A DNA stretch of 64,000 nt from Octopus bimaculoides (taxonomy: Eukaryota), in the NCBI RefSeq assembly GCF_001194135.2, contig NC_068981.1:103655894-103719893 (forward strand). Direction: 5' to 3'. Positions 37,798 through 50,416 of this stretch are shown here, piece by piece. How positions within the stretch are numbered: position 1 is the stretch's first letter; each line of letters begins with the position of its first letter. The translations under genes were made by a program, and so were the position numbers. The notes below the pieces were generated by a model. The model made no database searches. It saw nothing but the letters and a program-made list of their open reading frames with translations, and was not told the origin of the DNA.

Positions 37798-37914
37798 GGT
37801 GTGAGAATAATATCATCTATTTATTATCCCTCTCTTACTACCTTTTTTCAGTTTTTTCTCTATGTATCTCTTCTTCCCCTCTTTCTCACCTCAATATGTG
37901 TATGTCTGATTGAC

Positions 37915-37951
<37 letters not shown>

Positions 37952-38820
37952 ATACTTGTTGCAGTGGAAATGGTACAACCTTCCCACGGGAAAAGTGGTA
38001 TGATGAGCCGCTATAAAGTGAGACGACGTCAAACAGTACGGGGGAGTTGTGTGTCAGTCGTTGTACGAGTTCTCAGTTGGAGTTAACTGTCAGTTACGTG
38101 TTACAGTCGATTTCGTGTCACAGTCAAGAAAGACGGTTCAAATTCGGTGTTTGCAGAGCTATGAACGACAGTACGGTAGACGAAGCGGTATAGTACCATT
38201 CCAGTATAGAAGAGACACACTGTATCCGATGCCAAGAAAATATCATGGCTACTGGAGCAGATACAACAGCTACAGTCACAACTGAAAAACACCACGTCAT
38301 AATGGTACTAGATACATATTGGACAAAATTCCGAAAATTTCATCGAGTACTTATCTACGACATTTCTTCGACAGTTGACCATGCATTTACAGCAAGAAGT
38401 CATTGGAATGAGCTTTTATTCAACCCAGTAGGTTTTCTGCAATATCAGTAAATACATTATTCCTTGTTTTCAAAATGCAGAAGAAAGCTAATTTCGTCTA
38501 AGCATATGTTAGAGACTACACGTCATTAACAAAGACCCAAGTAGGTAGAAATGTGTCTTGCATTCTTGTGGATCACTGCTAGGACAATGATCGTCTCATT
38601 CCAATATATATTGCACTTTTAACAGACCATGTCGAGGAGCAAATTTTCTCTCAGATATAAACCGTGGACAGCATCATGTTTTTCAACAGTGTATATAAAT
38701 CAGGTATGATACATAGATGGCAACTTTAATTTAAGGTTATGCCAATTGCCTTCATCGAGTTTCCGTCAATCATCAATCAATTTATCTATCTATCCTTCAA
38801 TCTCTGTGTGTACATATGTA

Positions 38821-38859
<39 letters not shown>

Positions 38860-39311
38860 CCTATCTCCCTCTCCCTTTCTCCCATTCCCCCACCTCTCTC
38901 TCTCTCTCTCTTTCGACGACATTCGTCCTGCTCGAGAAATCAATCAAATGCAATTTAAAATTCGCTTATCTCATTTTATAGGTGATATCCATTCCCTGAA
39001 CATCTTTAAAAAAAACTTACAATCTATATGATTCGAGAATTCGATGTCTCTAATGCACTCAGCATATTTTGATATAATAACGATGCAGATAACACGAGAA
39101 GAGACACGCGAACATCACAACTAAACTGTTGTTCCTTTCTAAAACAATCTACATACATCGCAAGATAAATACAGCACCTGATCATCAAATATCACTTTCT
39201 GCTCAAGACACCAAACCGCCACAGTCGCATGGCAAACAATACTCTCGGCTCTCTCTCTATCTCTCTCTCTTTCTCTCTCTTTCCCACATCAAGACATACT
39301 CATATATTACG

Positions 39312-39791
39312 CTGTGTAACATTTTTTCTCTGTCTTTGGTCAGTAAGTGTTATTTCCTATTTGCTTCTATCTATAAATCAAAGGAAATGACAACTACCCC
39401 CTTCAAACTTTGCTTTTGTGACCTGGAAATCAATGTTTTGAAACTGACCCGCTTTCCATTACGTTTCAGATAGATTCAGCGCTGAGTTGCAGAAGCAGAA
39501 ATATCGTTATAGCAAATATTCTTTTCAATACCACAACTTTGCTGGTCAGTTGCTTGACCTTAACCACTTGAGCATGTCTCTTAGTGGCCGACCATATGTA
39601 CATATCTGATCACGAGCAGGAGCAGTGGGGAAACATCATAGCCATGTGACGAGAAGGATTTGGTGGAGATTTGAATCAATATCGTTACAAAAGCAAAGTT
39701 TGAAGGAAATATTAGCCATTTTTCATACTTTTTAAGGGTAAGCAAATAAGAAAAACAGTTGCTCTTCAAGGACAAAAATCGTGTTACACAG
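39312..39791. mobile_element. Second copy of the 480-bp MITE at 6601-7078
   Basis: ctgtgtaac...gtgttacacag|TA termini; colinear with 6601-7078. Confidence 0.82.
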
Positions 39792-40202
39792 TATTATTGA
39801 ACAAACAAAAGTCGCTCTTATAAAATTCAAAAATACAGTGAAACTAAATACTCCAGGAAGGATCATTAACGGTTGCAGACCTCAACATTGCCATGCGCAA
39901 GACAGTATTATATAACAACGTAATAACGTGTGCCTATTTTATCGATTAAAAGAAAAACTACAGCAACAATAAAAGATGAAAATCTCGCTGTATGTCTAAA
40001 ACGCATTTATGTCACTTTGTCAATGTATAAAATCAATATTGATTTAATTTGATTCACTAAGGGTCATTTAAAAAAAAACGGAATATAGTTCATTAATTCA
40101 CATCGATTAGTAGTACTTATTTCATCAAACCAAATTATATTTCAATTCAGAGCAGTAAAATACCGAACTAGTTGCAATAAATCATCTATCGTGACCAACT
40201 TT

Positions 40203-40278
<76 letters not shown>

Positions 40279-40288
40279 CACCACCACC

Positions 40289-40329
<41 letters not shown>

Positions 40330-40366
40330 CACTACTACTACTACCACTACTACTACTACTACTACT
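40203..40366. repeat. (CTA)n/(CCA)n compound microsatellite
   Basis: Direct runs. Confidence 0.95.
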
Positions 40367-41022
40367 TCAGGAATATCCAGTATTCAACGATTGTTTTATC
40401 ATGTTTTTGCTTTATGTGTTTGTTTGTTTTTTGTCTATTAATAGGAACTGAACATTAGTAATTACCATTTATGAAGACAGAACTGCCCTTAAAAGATAAA
40501 TAAAAAAAAATACGCTAAAATACCGTGAATGGTTATTTAGGTGGCCATCATAAAAAAAACACTGTTATATAAAAATATATTTGAAATTCATTGCATCCAG
40601 ACAAGGTTAATTATAAAATCTATATTAATAATCGCTATGGAAATGCAATGTAGAAAACAATATAAAAAAAAAGTTGTATAGAACTAAAGATGAAATATTA
40701 TAATAAAGAAATCAATTTTTATTCCCTGAATAAAATAACCCGAATCAGGTCAAAAACAACAACATTTCAACCTCATTGAAACGCAGTTACCTTGTAACAA
40801 CAACTATCATACTACTATAATCAAAGATGAGAATGAAAAATATGAATAAGCAATATTTCAATGAAAGAAATCTCCTCATCCTAGAAAATATTGATCTTTA
40901 ATAACTACCATCACGGTAAATACAACCTCTGAAAGATGAAGCTGTCTAAAACCAAATCCTTTGAAAAGCTCATCGATGTTAAAATCATTACTAGGATGGT
41001 TCTCCACGAACTAAGCTACACA

Positions 41023-41065
<43 letters not shown>

Positions 41066-42234
41066 CATACATACATACATACATACATACATACATACAT
41101 ACATACATACATACGTACATACATACATTTATATATNNNNNNNNNNNNNNNNNNNNNNNNNNNNATTATATGTATTTATTTTCTCCTAATTAACAAATAA
41201 CTCGGACAGAATAAATTGGTTAATAATAGATACCAGGGTAGCAAAAATCACAAAATGACTGTGGTGTAACTCCTGTTTATGAGGTAGAAACTCCTTGTTA
41301 TTTTGGGTACTTGAGTATATATAAATTTAGTGAATGGAGTAAAACGCATATGTTAACTGCATACTTTTATTTCCAACATATGTTTCGAAGATTACAAATT
41401 ATACCTTCCATAGGAATCGGTGATGTTAAGAATGTAATCTTCAAGGTAACAAAAATAGGGAAAAAATCCTTCAAAGGGGTGTGTAAAACATCGAATTCAC
41501 TGGTACATCGAGTGAATACCACATAAATATGGGTATAATGCAAATTTCAAACAATAAATTAAATAGAGAGATACAAATGACAATCCAATAATTTATTTAT
41601 ATTATAATATAACATAATATACTATAAATATAATATAATATAACATAAACAATTATTTAAAAAAAAACAAAAAAGCCAATAATTTGTTTCGACTTATAAG
41701 CTTTATCAGGGCAATTGGTGTGTAGATAGACGAAATTCCGTGTGAAAGAATTTCACCATTAACATAATTCTCAGTGGAGGTGCATGGCAGAGTGGTTAGG
41801 GTGTTGAACTCAAGATCGTAAGATAGTGGTTTCGATTTCATCATGGACTCACAGTCGTAAGAGTGTGGATTATTGCAAAGTGAAAGTCTAAGCACTTTGG
41901 CCATTTTGTGTTCTGTAATCCTATACACTAAACAATAAAGCCCTGTTGTTGTTGTCACTGCCAACTACATTACTTGAGTTTTGGTGTACCTCAGTCAATT
42001 GATGACTTCTTGAACCTGTATGAATTTTTATTGCTTAAATAATTCGTACCTACACACACATGATGTGTTGGAACAGTTGTAGTCAATTGAACTGAATATA
42101 GTAAATATTTTCTGAAGACCAACGATAGGATAAAATGCAATGCTGAAGCTGAATAGCAGGATTTGAACCTTGTCATTAACCAACGAAATTAATTACTGCT
42201 CAGCGGGTTACCACCAGTTCCACCTTTACAAACC

Positions 42235-42450
42235 TGATTTAAATGGTTCAAAGTTTTGGCACAAGGCCAGTAATATCGGGGAGAAAGTAAGTCGATTACA
42301 TCGACTCCAGTGTTTAATTGGTACTTATTTTATCGACCCCGAAAAGATAAAAGGCAAATTAGACTCGGTGGAATTTGAACACAGAACGTTAAAATGGGCG
42401 AAATGATGCTACGCATTTTCCCAGGCATGCTAACGATTCTGTGAGCTCGC
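42235..42450 (-). mobile_element. Family B SINE
   Basis: ttggcacaaggcc tail, ggtacttattttatcgaccccgaaaag core, gctaacgattctgtgagctc head. Confidence 0.85.
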
Positions 42451-43476
42451 AATCTTACAGACCTGATAATATCACAATAAACTGTATATATCTGAATACA
42501 CACGCACATACACGTACACACATCCCTACTTTTACACATAGATACACACATGCAACTACAATTTGGTTTGATCAAGACAATGACGAAGCTTAACATGATC
42601 ATTCAGCCTATTAGAAATAGCAACCACTTCTACTTAAAATCGCACCTTACCAGTGGTCGGCATCCTTTTATATAAACAAGGCGTGACGGATACGACTGGG
42701 TCGCTTTTTACCATAACGCTATTCAATCAAGGCCGATTTAAAATTAAACTTGTTTTGCTTTTTTTTAGATGACTTATTATGGAGATGTTCCATATAGAAT
42801 AAGACATTCCTATTCAGAATGTAGATTTCCTCATGAGTAAAGTACTTTGATTTAGAGAAAACTGTATTTTATTCCCCTTATTCTACGATTCCAATTTTTT
42901 TACATTACAATATTACTTATACCTTTTAACTGAGTGCAACATCAAAATATAAGATCTTATTGGAAAGTGTCAAAAAATTGTGATATTTGGTCGACAACTG
43001 ATGAGGGATTGAGCATATCTGTTTCCGTTGTGTGCGTGTTTCTTTTTCCTGCTTTTCTGTTTCGTTCCGTTTTCGTATTCCGTGCCACATTTTTTTTAAT
43101 CACCCATAAATATAACCGACAAAAACGACTCCAAATAATTATCGCGATTTCTTTTGTCAATTTCCCTTTGCACACCACGGATTAAATACACAGAAAATAA
43201 AAAAAACAATCAATGTTGATCATTGTCGTTATACCAGTTGTTTGCTGCTCTTGTTGTTGTTGTGATGCTGTTATGCTGTTGCTCACCTTTCAGAATAGAA
43301 AATATGCCAACAACAAGAAGCCGGTTCTTTTCAATTGATTCCCAAATTAAACTTAAGTCATACATACATGCATTCATTCATTCATTCATACCTACAATGC
43401 ATACACACACGCAGGCGCGCACACATACACACACGCACACACACGCGCACTCACACACACACACACACACACACAT

Positions 43477-43515
<39 letters not shown>

Positions 43516-44454
43516 NNNNNNNNNNNNNNNNNNNNNNNNNNNNNNNNNNNNNNNNNNNNNNNNNNNNNNNNNNNNNNNNNNNNNNNNNNNNNNNNNNNNN
43601 NNNNNNNNNNNNNNNNNNNNNNNNNNNNNNNNNNNNNNNNNNNNNNNNNNNNNNNNNNNNNNNNNNNNNNNNNNNNNNNNNNNNNNNNNNNNNNNNNNNN
43701 NNNNNNNNNNNNNNNNNNNNNNNNNNNNNNNNNNNNNNNNNNNNNNNNNNNNNNNNNNNNNNNNNNNNNNNNNNNNNNNNNNNNNNNNNNNNNNNNNNNN
43801 NNNNNNNNNNNNNNNNNNNNNNNNNNNNNNNNNNNNNNNNNNNNNNNNNNNNNNNNNNNNNNNNNNNNNNNNNNNNNNNNNNNNNNNNNNNNNNNNNNNN
43901 NNNNNNNNNNNNNNNNNNNNNNNNNNNNNNNNNNNNNATATATATGTATATATATATATACATATACATGCATATATATATCATATTATATTATATATAT
44001 ATATATATATATATATGTATTCTCTTGTTAGCAGTAATTCAGTAGAATTCCTGCTAACAAGCCATTAAGAAGTATTTTACTTTTTGAATGTTCCCCTCTT
44101 GTACTGCAGTAAATAAATAACAAATGACACGCACACGCGCGCACACACTGGGAGAGAAAGTGAGAGAGAGAAAGAGAGAGGAAAAGCAATTTATATTGCA
44201 GAGAGAAGATATTAAGAGAGTTGGAGTGGAAAACATAGCGAAGAAAGAAGAGGGGAAAGAACGGGAGAGAAAAAGAGCGATCTTAAATGAAATTAAAATT
44301 TCTTATGACACAAACTGCATCATTTCCAAAAAATGTCGATAGATTGTTATTACTAGTGGAATGTTCCATGCACATGCAAATATCCACAGTCAAGATCATT
44401 ACATACACAATGAACGTACATACACGCACACAAGTACACAAACACGCACACACT

Positions 44455-44492
<38 letters not shown>

Positions 44493-45402
44493 NNNNNNNN
44501 NNNNNNNNNNNNNNNNNNNNNNNNNNNNNNNNNNNNNNNNNNNNNNNNNNNNNNNNNNNNNNNNNNNNNNNNNNNNNNNNNNNNNNNNNNNNNNNNNNNN
44601 NNNNNNNNNNNNNNNNNNNNNNNNNNNNNNNNNNNNNNNNNNNNNNNNNNNNNNNNNNNNNNNNNNNNNNNNNNNNNNNNNNNNNNNNNNNNNNNNNNNN
44701 NNNNNNNNNNNNNNNNNNNNNNNNNNNNNNNNNNNNNNNNNNNNNNNNNNNNNNNNNNNNNNNNNNNNNNNNNNNNNNNNNNNNNNNNNNNNNNNNNNNN
44801 NNNNNNNNNNNNNNNNNNNNNNNNNNNNNNNNNNNNNNNNNNNNNNNNNNNNNNNNNNNNNNNNNNNNNNNNNNNNNNNNNNNNNNNNNNNNNNNNNNNN
44901 NNNNNNNNNNNNNNNNNNNNNNNNNNNNNNNNNNNNNNNNNNNNNNNNNNNNNNNNNNNNNNNNNNNNNNNNNNNNNNNNNNNNNNNNNNNNNNNNNNNN
45001 NNNNNNNNNNNNNNNNNNNNNNNNNNNNNNNNNNNNNNNNNNNNNNNNNNNNNNNNNNNNNNNNNNNNNNNNNNNNNNNNNNNNNNNNNNNNNNNNNNNN
45101 NNNNNNNNNNNNNNNNNNNNNNNNNNNNNNNNNNNNNNNNNNNNNNNNNNNNNNNNNNNNNNNNNNNNNNNNNNNNNNNNNNNNNNNNNNNNNNNNNNNN
45201 NNNNNNNNNNNNNNNNNNNNNNNNNNNNNNNNNNNNNNNNNNNNNNNNNNNNNNNNNNNNNNNNNNNNNNNNNNNNNNNNNNNNNNNNNNNNNNNNNNNN
45301 NNNNNNNNNNNNNNNNNNNNNNNNNNNNNNNNNNNNNNNNNNNNNNNNNNNNNNNNNNNNNNNNNNNNNNNNNNNNNNNNNNNNNNNNNNNNNNNNNNNN
45401 NN

Positions 45403-45469
<67 letters not shown>

Positions 45470-45739
45470 ATATATATATATATATATTACTACATACATA
45501 TATATATATTTATTTATTTATATATCAACTAATGATCGATTAAAATTTTTACTTTCATACGTTCCTTTCTGCCCTTCTTTCTTTTCCCACTTCTTTCTTT
45601 CCTGTATTTAGGGTCTTTTCTTTTTCGTTTTTTTTTTTAGCTACTCATTCGTTCATTCTTTCTGTCTGGCTGTTTTTTCTGAGACAAATATAAACATCAT
45701 TTCCTTCTAGTTTATATAATTAATGTCTTACATCTTTCA

Positions 45740-46820
45740 AAATTGCTCGAACGAAACAAAATTAATTCTTTACTTCGGTTCCTCGCCATTCATACTATTT
45801 ATCAGTATGGTCAAGTCCTAGCTTTCTGCATAAATCCCCGTGGATTATTCTCCCTAGGTTGTCATGTCTTTTCTTGTATTCTTTTTGCAACAGCATGCTA
45901 CATTCACTTACTATATGAACAACACTTTCTCCTTTTGATTTGCATAACCTTTGTTGGGAATCTACCCGGTTTTTGTCTATCTTGGCTTTTATCCATTTAG
46001 TCCTCAATGCTTGATCTTGTGCTGCTATTAACAAACTTTCTTTCACCTTTTTCAGCTTTCCCTTCTGCAGCTACAACTTTGTCTCACTATTACTATTTCC
46101 TGCAACTGTCTTTGGGAATGTGTCATGCAAAACCTTCTCCTGCCAGTCAGATAATTTCTGTTCTTTTTTTTTTGTTTTTTTGGTTTTCAACTTTGTTTGG
46201 GTTTTTGGTTTCCCTGTCTTGCTGTGGCTAGCAGCTTTTAATAAATTTTCTTCACTGTTACCTACATAGGAGTTACATATCTACTCTAACTCCACGAAGT
46301 GTTCTACTGATATTAAGCTGCTTCCACCTTCCTGTCTAGGTAAGTATAATTTTGCTACTTCTGATCTTGGGTGCAGTCCTCCATTCATATTGAATTTCTT
46401 CCTAGTTCTTCTGTCTAGCTTTGCTAATTCAGTTTTTGTCCAATCTACAAAAGCTGCTGAATATCTAAGTAACAACACTACCCAAGTATTTACAGCCTTC
46501 ACTATATTCAGACCATTAAGCATGACTGCATTAGCTTCCTCATCCTTCTGATGTACTCCTTCTCAATTTTCTTCTTCGTTTCTATCATTAGTACTCTGTC
46601 AGATTCTACTACTCCTAGATACTTATAACTCTCTCCTTTTTTTTCAGTGATTTTAATGTTTAGCCATCTGGTAATTGGATGCCTTCATTGATGACTACCT
46701 GTCCTTTTCTCATGACTAATATTGCACACTTATCTATGCCAAAATCCATGTCTACATCTCAGCTGAAGAGTCTTACAGTTTTTATTAAGGAATCTGTTTC
46801 TGTTTTATTCTTACTAAAAA
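45740..46820 (-). mobile_element. Dong/R4-like RLE non-LTR retrotransposon fragment (family 2)
   Basis: DSLIKTVRLFS.DVDMDFGIDKCA (RT), LLRYSAAFVDWTKTELAKLDRRTRK..LHPRS, LLIAAQDQALRT..RLC....ESVVHIVSEC..LLQKEYKKRHD; 5' end abuts (AAT/GAT)n. Confidence 0.9.
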
Positions 46821-46839
46821 TATTATTATTATTATTATT

Positions 46840-46877
<38 letters not shown>

Positions 46878-46902
46878 TATCATCATCAACATCATCATCA
46901 TA

Positions 46903-47040
46903 TGAAGGCAGCGAGCTGGCAGAATCGGTCATCCTTTCGGGGTCGATAAATTAAGTACCAGTGAAATACTTGGGTCGATGTGATCGACTAGTCCCCTCCC
47001 CAAAAATTTCAGGCTTGGTGCCTTTAATAGAAAGGATTAT
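46903..47040 (+). mobile_element. Internally deleted family B SINE between two trinucleotide tracts
   Basis: ggcagcgagctggcagaatcg head joined directly to tcatcctttcggggtcgataaattaagtacc; tail agaaaggattattatt. Confidence 0.85.
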
Positions 47041-47097
47041 TATTATCATCTTCATTATTATTATTGTTATTATTATTATAATCATCATCATCATCAT

Positions 47098-47546
47098 ATG
47101 TTTGACTTTTGCTTTGTATTTGTACAAGTTGGCTCCAAGTCTCACCCAGAGACCTCCAGAGACAACAAGTTAGAAGTTCATGGTGTTATGCCTAGGGTGT
47201 CATATATTTGGTTTTGCACATAGTATTGTTCTAGAGACTGTTTAAGAAAACATAAGAAAATTATGGGTTTGTTTTAAAATTTGAAATTACATAGACAGTA
47301 TTTTACGTAGGATATGGGCAGTTCCCATGAGCACTATCTTTTGAATTTCTGCCATTTTGGGGTTTCCTGGTATCTGAGCTACGTAGTAATCAGCCCCTTT
47401 TGCTATCATTCCTTGGACATCTATGACAACAGGTATCGTTATAGTCTTGAGGCTCCACATTTTGTCAATTTCTATTTCAAGATCTTTATACTTGCTCAGT
47501 TATTGTTAGGTCTTGACAGATACATTTATGTCGATTGGGACAGTCA
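47098..47546 (-). mobile_element. 3' end of Dong/R4-like element (RLE C-terminus + 3'UTR), both ends in AAT/GAT repeats
   Basis: LSKYKDLEIEIDKMWSLKTITIPVVI..GMIAKG...IQKIVLMGTAHILRKILSM*, then 3'UTR ending caaaagtcaaacat(atg)n. Confidence 0.88.
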
Positions 47547-47598
<52 letters not shown>

Positions 47599-47868
47599 NN
47601 NNNNNNNNNNNNNNNNNNNNNNNNNNNNNNNNNNNNNNNNNNNNNNNNNNNNNNNNNNNNNNNNNNNNNNNNNNNNNNNNNNNNNNNNNNNNNNNNNNNN
47701 NNNNNNNNNNNNNNNNNNNNNNNNNNNNNNNNNNNNNNNNNNNNNNNNNNNNNNNNNNNNNNNNNNNNNNNNNNNNNNNNNNNNNNNNNNNNNNNNNNNN
47801 NNNNNNNNNNNNNNNNNNNNNNNNNNNNNNNNNNNNNNNNNNNNNNNNNNNNNNCATTATTATCATCA

Positions 47869-47956
<88 letters not shown>

Positions 47957-48415
47957 GGCGGCAAGCTATCACAATCGTTACCGCACTGAACAAAATGCTT
48001 TGTGGTATTTCTTCTAGCTCTTCCAATTCTGTGTTCGGAGTCGATAAATTAATTACCAGTTGAACACTGGGGTTCAATGCAATCGACTTACCTCATACCC
48101 GCAAGATTTCAGGTGTTGTACCTATAGTAGAAAAGATTGTTGTTGCTGTTGTTGTTGTTTTTGTTGTCGTCGTCGCTGTTGTTGATGTTGTTATAGTGGC
48201 GGTAGATTTATAAAATCGTAAAGTGTCAGACAATTTGACTTTTAGTTCTGGTTCTTCACGCTCTGAGTTCAAATGCCACTGGGGTCAACTTTGTCTTTCT
48301 CGCTTCCAGTGTCGATAAAACAAATTACTACAAAATTAATGAGGCTGATCTAATAGATTAACAGCTTCTCCTCAAAATTTCTGGCCTTGTGCCAAATTAG
48401 AAGCAGTTATTGTTG
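47957..48415 (+). mobile_element. Two tandem decayed family B SINEs
   Basis: ggcggcaagctatcacaatcgttaccgc head after (ATT)n; second unit after a (GTT)n tract. Confidence 0.75.
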
Positions 48416-48989
48416 TTATTCATTGTTGATCTTTTCAAAAATATTTTGTTTCTTATCGCTCGTAAAGATTATAGATTTACCTGGTGAAACTTCATGGAAA
48501 AATCATTCTTTTTCAGTTTGTGCTCATACGCAGGGTCTTTGAACAAGTTGGTGGGCTGGCTTAAATCATATATTTTTTTACTTTTACATTTTATCACTTC
48601 TTTCGGTCATTGAATTGCGGCCATTGTGGGACACCACCTGCTGCTATGACCTTTTGTCGAACCGATGTGTCACGGGTACTTAAGCAAATCAATACCAGTT
48701 GTCAACGGTGGGAAGGGACAAGCACAATCACAAAAAACAAACGCACACGAGGCTATAGTTGAAGATGTTTGTCCAAGGTGCTATGGAAAAAAAGTTTTAA
48801 AAAATACGATAAACCATCAGCGACGGAAGTGACATGGGAAAAGAAAGGGGAGAAAAAGTAAATAAAAAGAAAGGTAACAAAGAAACAGGAATAAAATACG
48901 TATGTTATTAATGTGCTAAGAATTATGCCGCATTCACGTGTATCCTCGTTTGAAAGCGGCGTTAAGTATTGCAGATATAGCAGCTGAAG

Positions 48990-49135
48990 TACACCGATGG
49001 GAAATGGTATTCCCTGCATCAGATACGAGAGAAAAGGTATCCTGGAATTTGTGAATCTACAGGAGTCACCTTTTCCTTGAAAATGAACTCTGTCCGAAAC
49101 GCTGGATTTTCCACTCCCCATAGCAACTTCACTGT
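48990..49135 (-). mobile_element. Decayed Tc1/mariner-type transposase fragment
   Basis: WGVENP...KEKVT...IPGYLF then DAGNT resembles the W(G/S)xENP..KVTVW..IIGPYFF..DAGN.VTV segment of DDD transposases; frameshifted. Confidence 0.4.
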
Positions 49136-50295
49136 ACTGTCTTTGTCGATTTTTCTTTAAATATATATTTGTTGTATTACTCATTTAAAGACACAGAAAA
49201 AGCAGCATAATTTTGACTGATGTATTCAATACAAAGCGTGAAGTCAATTACATCGACGCCAGTACTTGACTAATATCTATTTTATCGATCCCGAAAGAAT
49301 GTAGTCGACCTCGATGGAATTTGAATGCAGAACATAAAGACGGTCTAAATGAGTTCAGATTCGAAATCAGCGTATTCGATTTGTCTGGGTAGCAGACAAT
49401 AATTTTTTTGGCTGCCCAGTGTTTTATATATATATGCATTTACGCGAGCGAGTGTGTATGTGTGCGTGTGTGTAGTAAGTGTGAAAATATTAATACATGT
49501 TTGAGTATTATAACGCACATGCATACCGAGTCGGCATAAGTAGAGGCTTGTGTACGACCTGTAGTATTTGTTCAAAAGGGGTCACTCTATAAATTACATT
49601 GAAATTCATGCACTAGTGGAAAAATGTAGCGCCTCAAATTACTTTGGCTACGACAGAGTAAAATATGTGTTAACGATAATCTTCGTTGAAACTTGAAACT
49701 TTCTAATAGAGACTTTAATTTAAACGCCTGAGTAATGTATTTTCGACATCTAGCATGAAGAAACTTATTTATAATACACGAAAATGTCTATTTTGCCTCA
49801 GAAATCAATGTTCATTGTTCATTGGAGCAAGACTGCTCAATCTGCTTTGACTCGTAATGGTTCTTTGTTCGCATTTATATTCTGTTTAGCTCTGAAAATG
49901 ACCATTTGCCACAGTCGTTTGTAGCCATTAAAACCAAATAAATCTGAAAGGCGATTTCAGTAATTGTCCGTTATAAGACCGCAAAATTGAAGCGCTTCAG
50001 AATTTTATTTAATTTTGTTTTATTTTGCCAATATGGACAGAAATAATGGTTTTTGAAAGTTCACAGAATTGCTGAGACTCATTTCTGTAATTCTTTTACC
50101 TAAACCTTCAGAATATGCGGCAATAAGAGCCAATAACGTAGCTTATACATGTTTACTCTTCTTGTAAAATTAAATTTCTTTTAAATCATATCCAACCGTC
50201 TTAAAAATAAGGTTGGGCACATTGGATAATATGACCTTACTTACAATGTATCTGAATAGAAAAGATTGGGTAGTCATATTCGAAACGGTCTTTGT

Positions 50296-50416
50296 TATAG
50301 GTTTGCTCCAGCGGGACTGATCTGAGCCTAAGCAACAACAATGTCAAAACTGTCAATGTGACCTTCTTTGTTTACGGACAATGTAGTTTGAGTTCAGAAG
50401 GGTTTTGGCAGTTATT
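50296..50416 (+). repeat. 121-bp direct duplication (copy 1; copy 2 at 51226-51346)
   Basis: 117/121 identical by manual alignment, offset 930 bp. Confidence 0.92.

Noticed and set aside
9343-48077. Long ORFs in the track spanning N-runs (e.g. 23237-24379, 44287-45543, 31659-32585)
   Set aside because: Artefacts of assembly gaps and flanking microsatellites (poly-X, CV/HT/YI/LS repeats); no coding signal.
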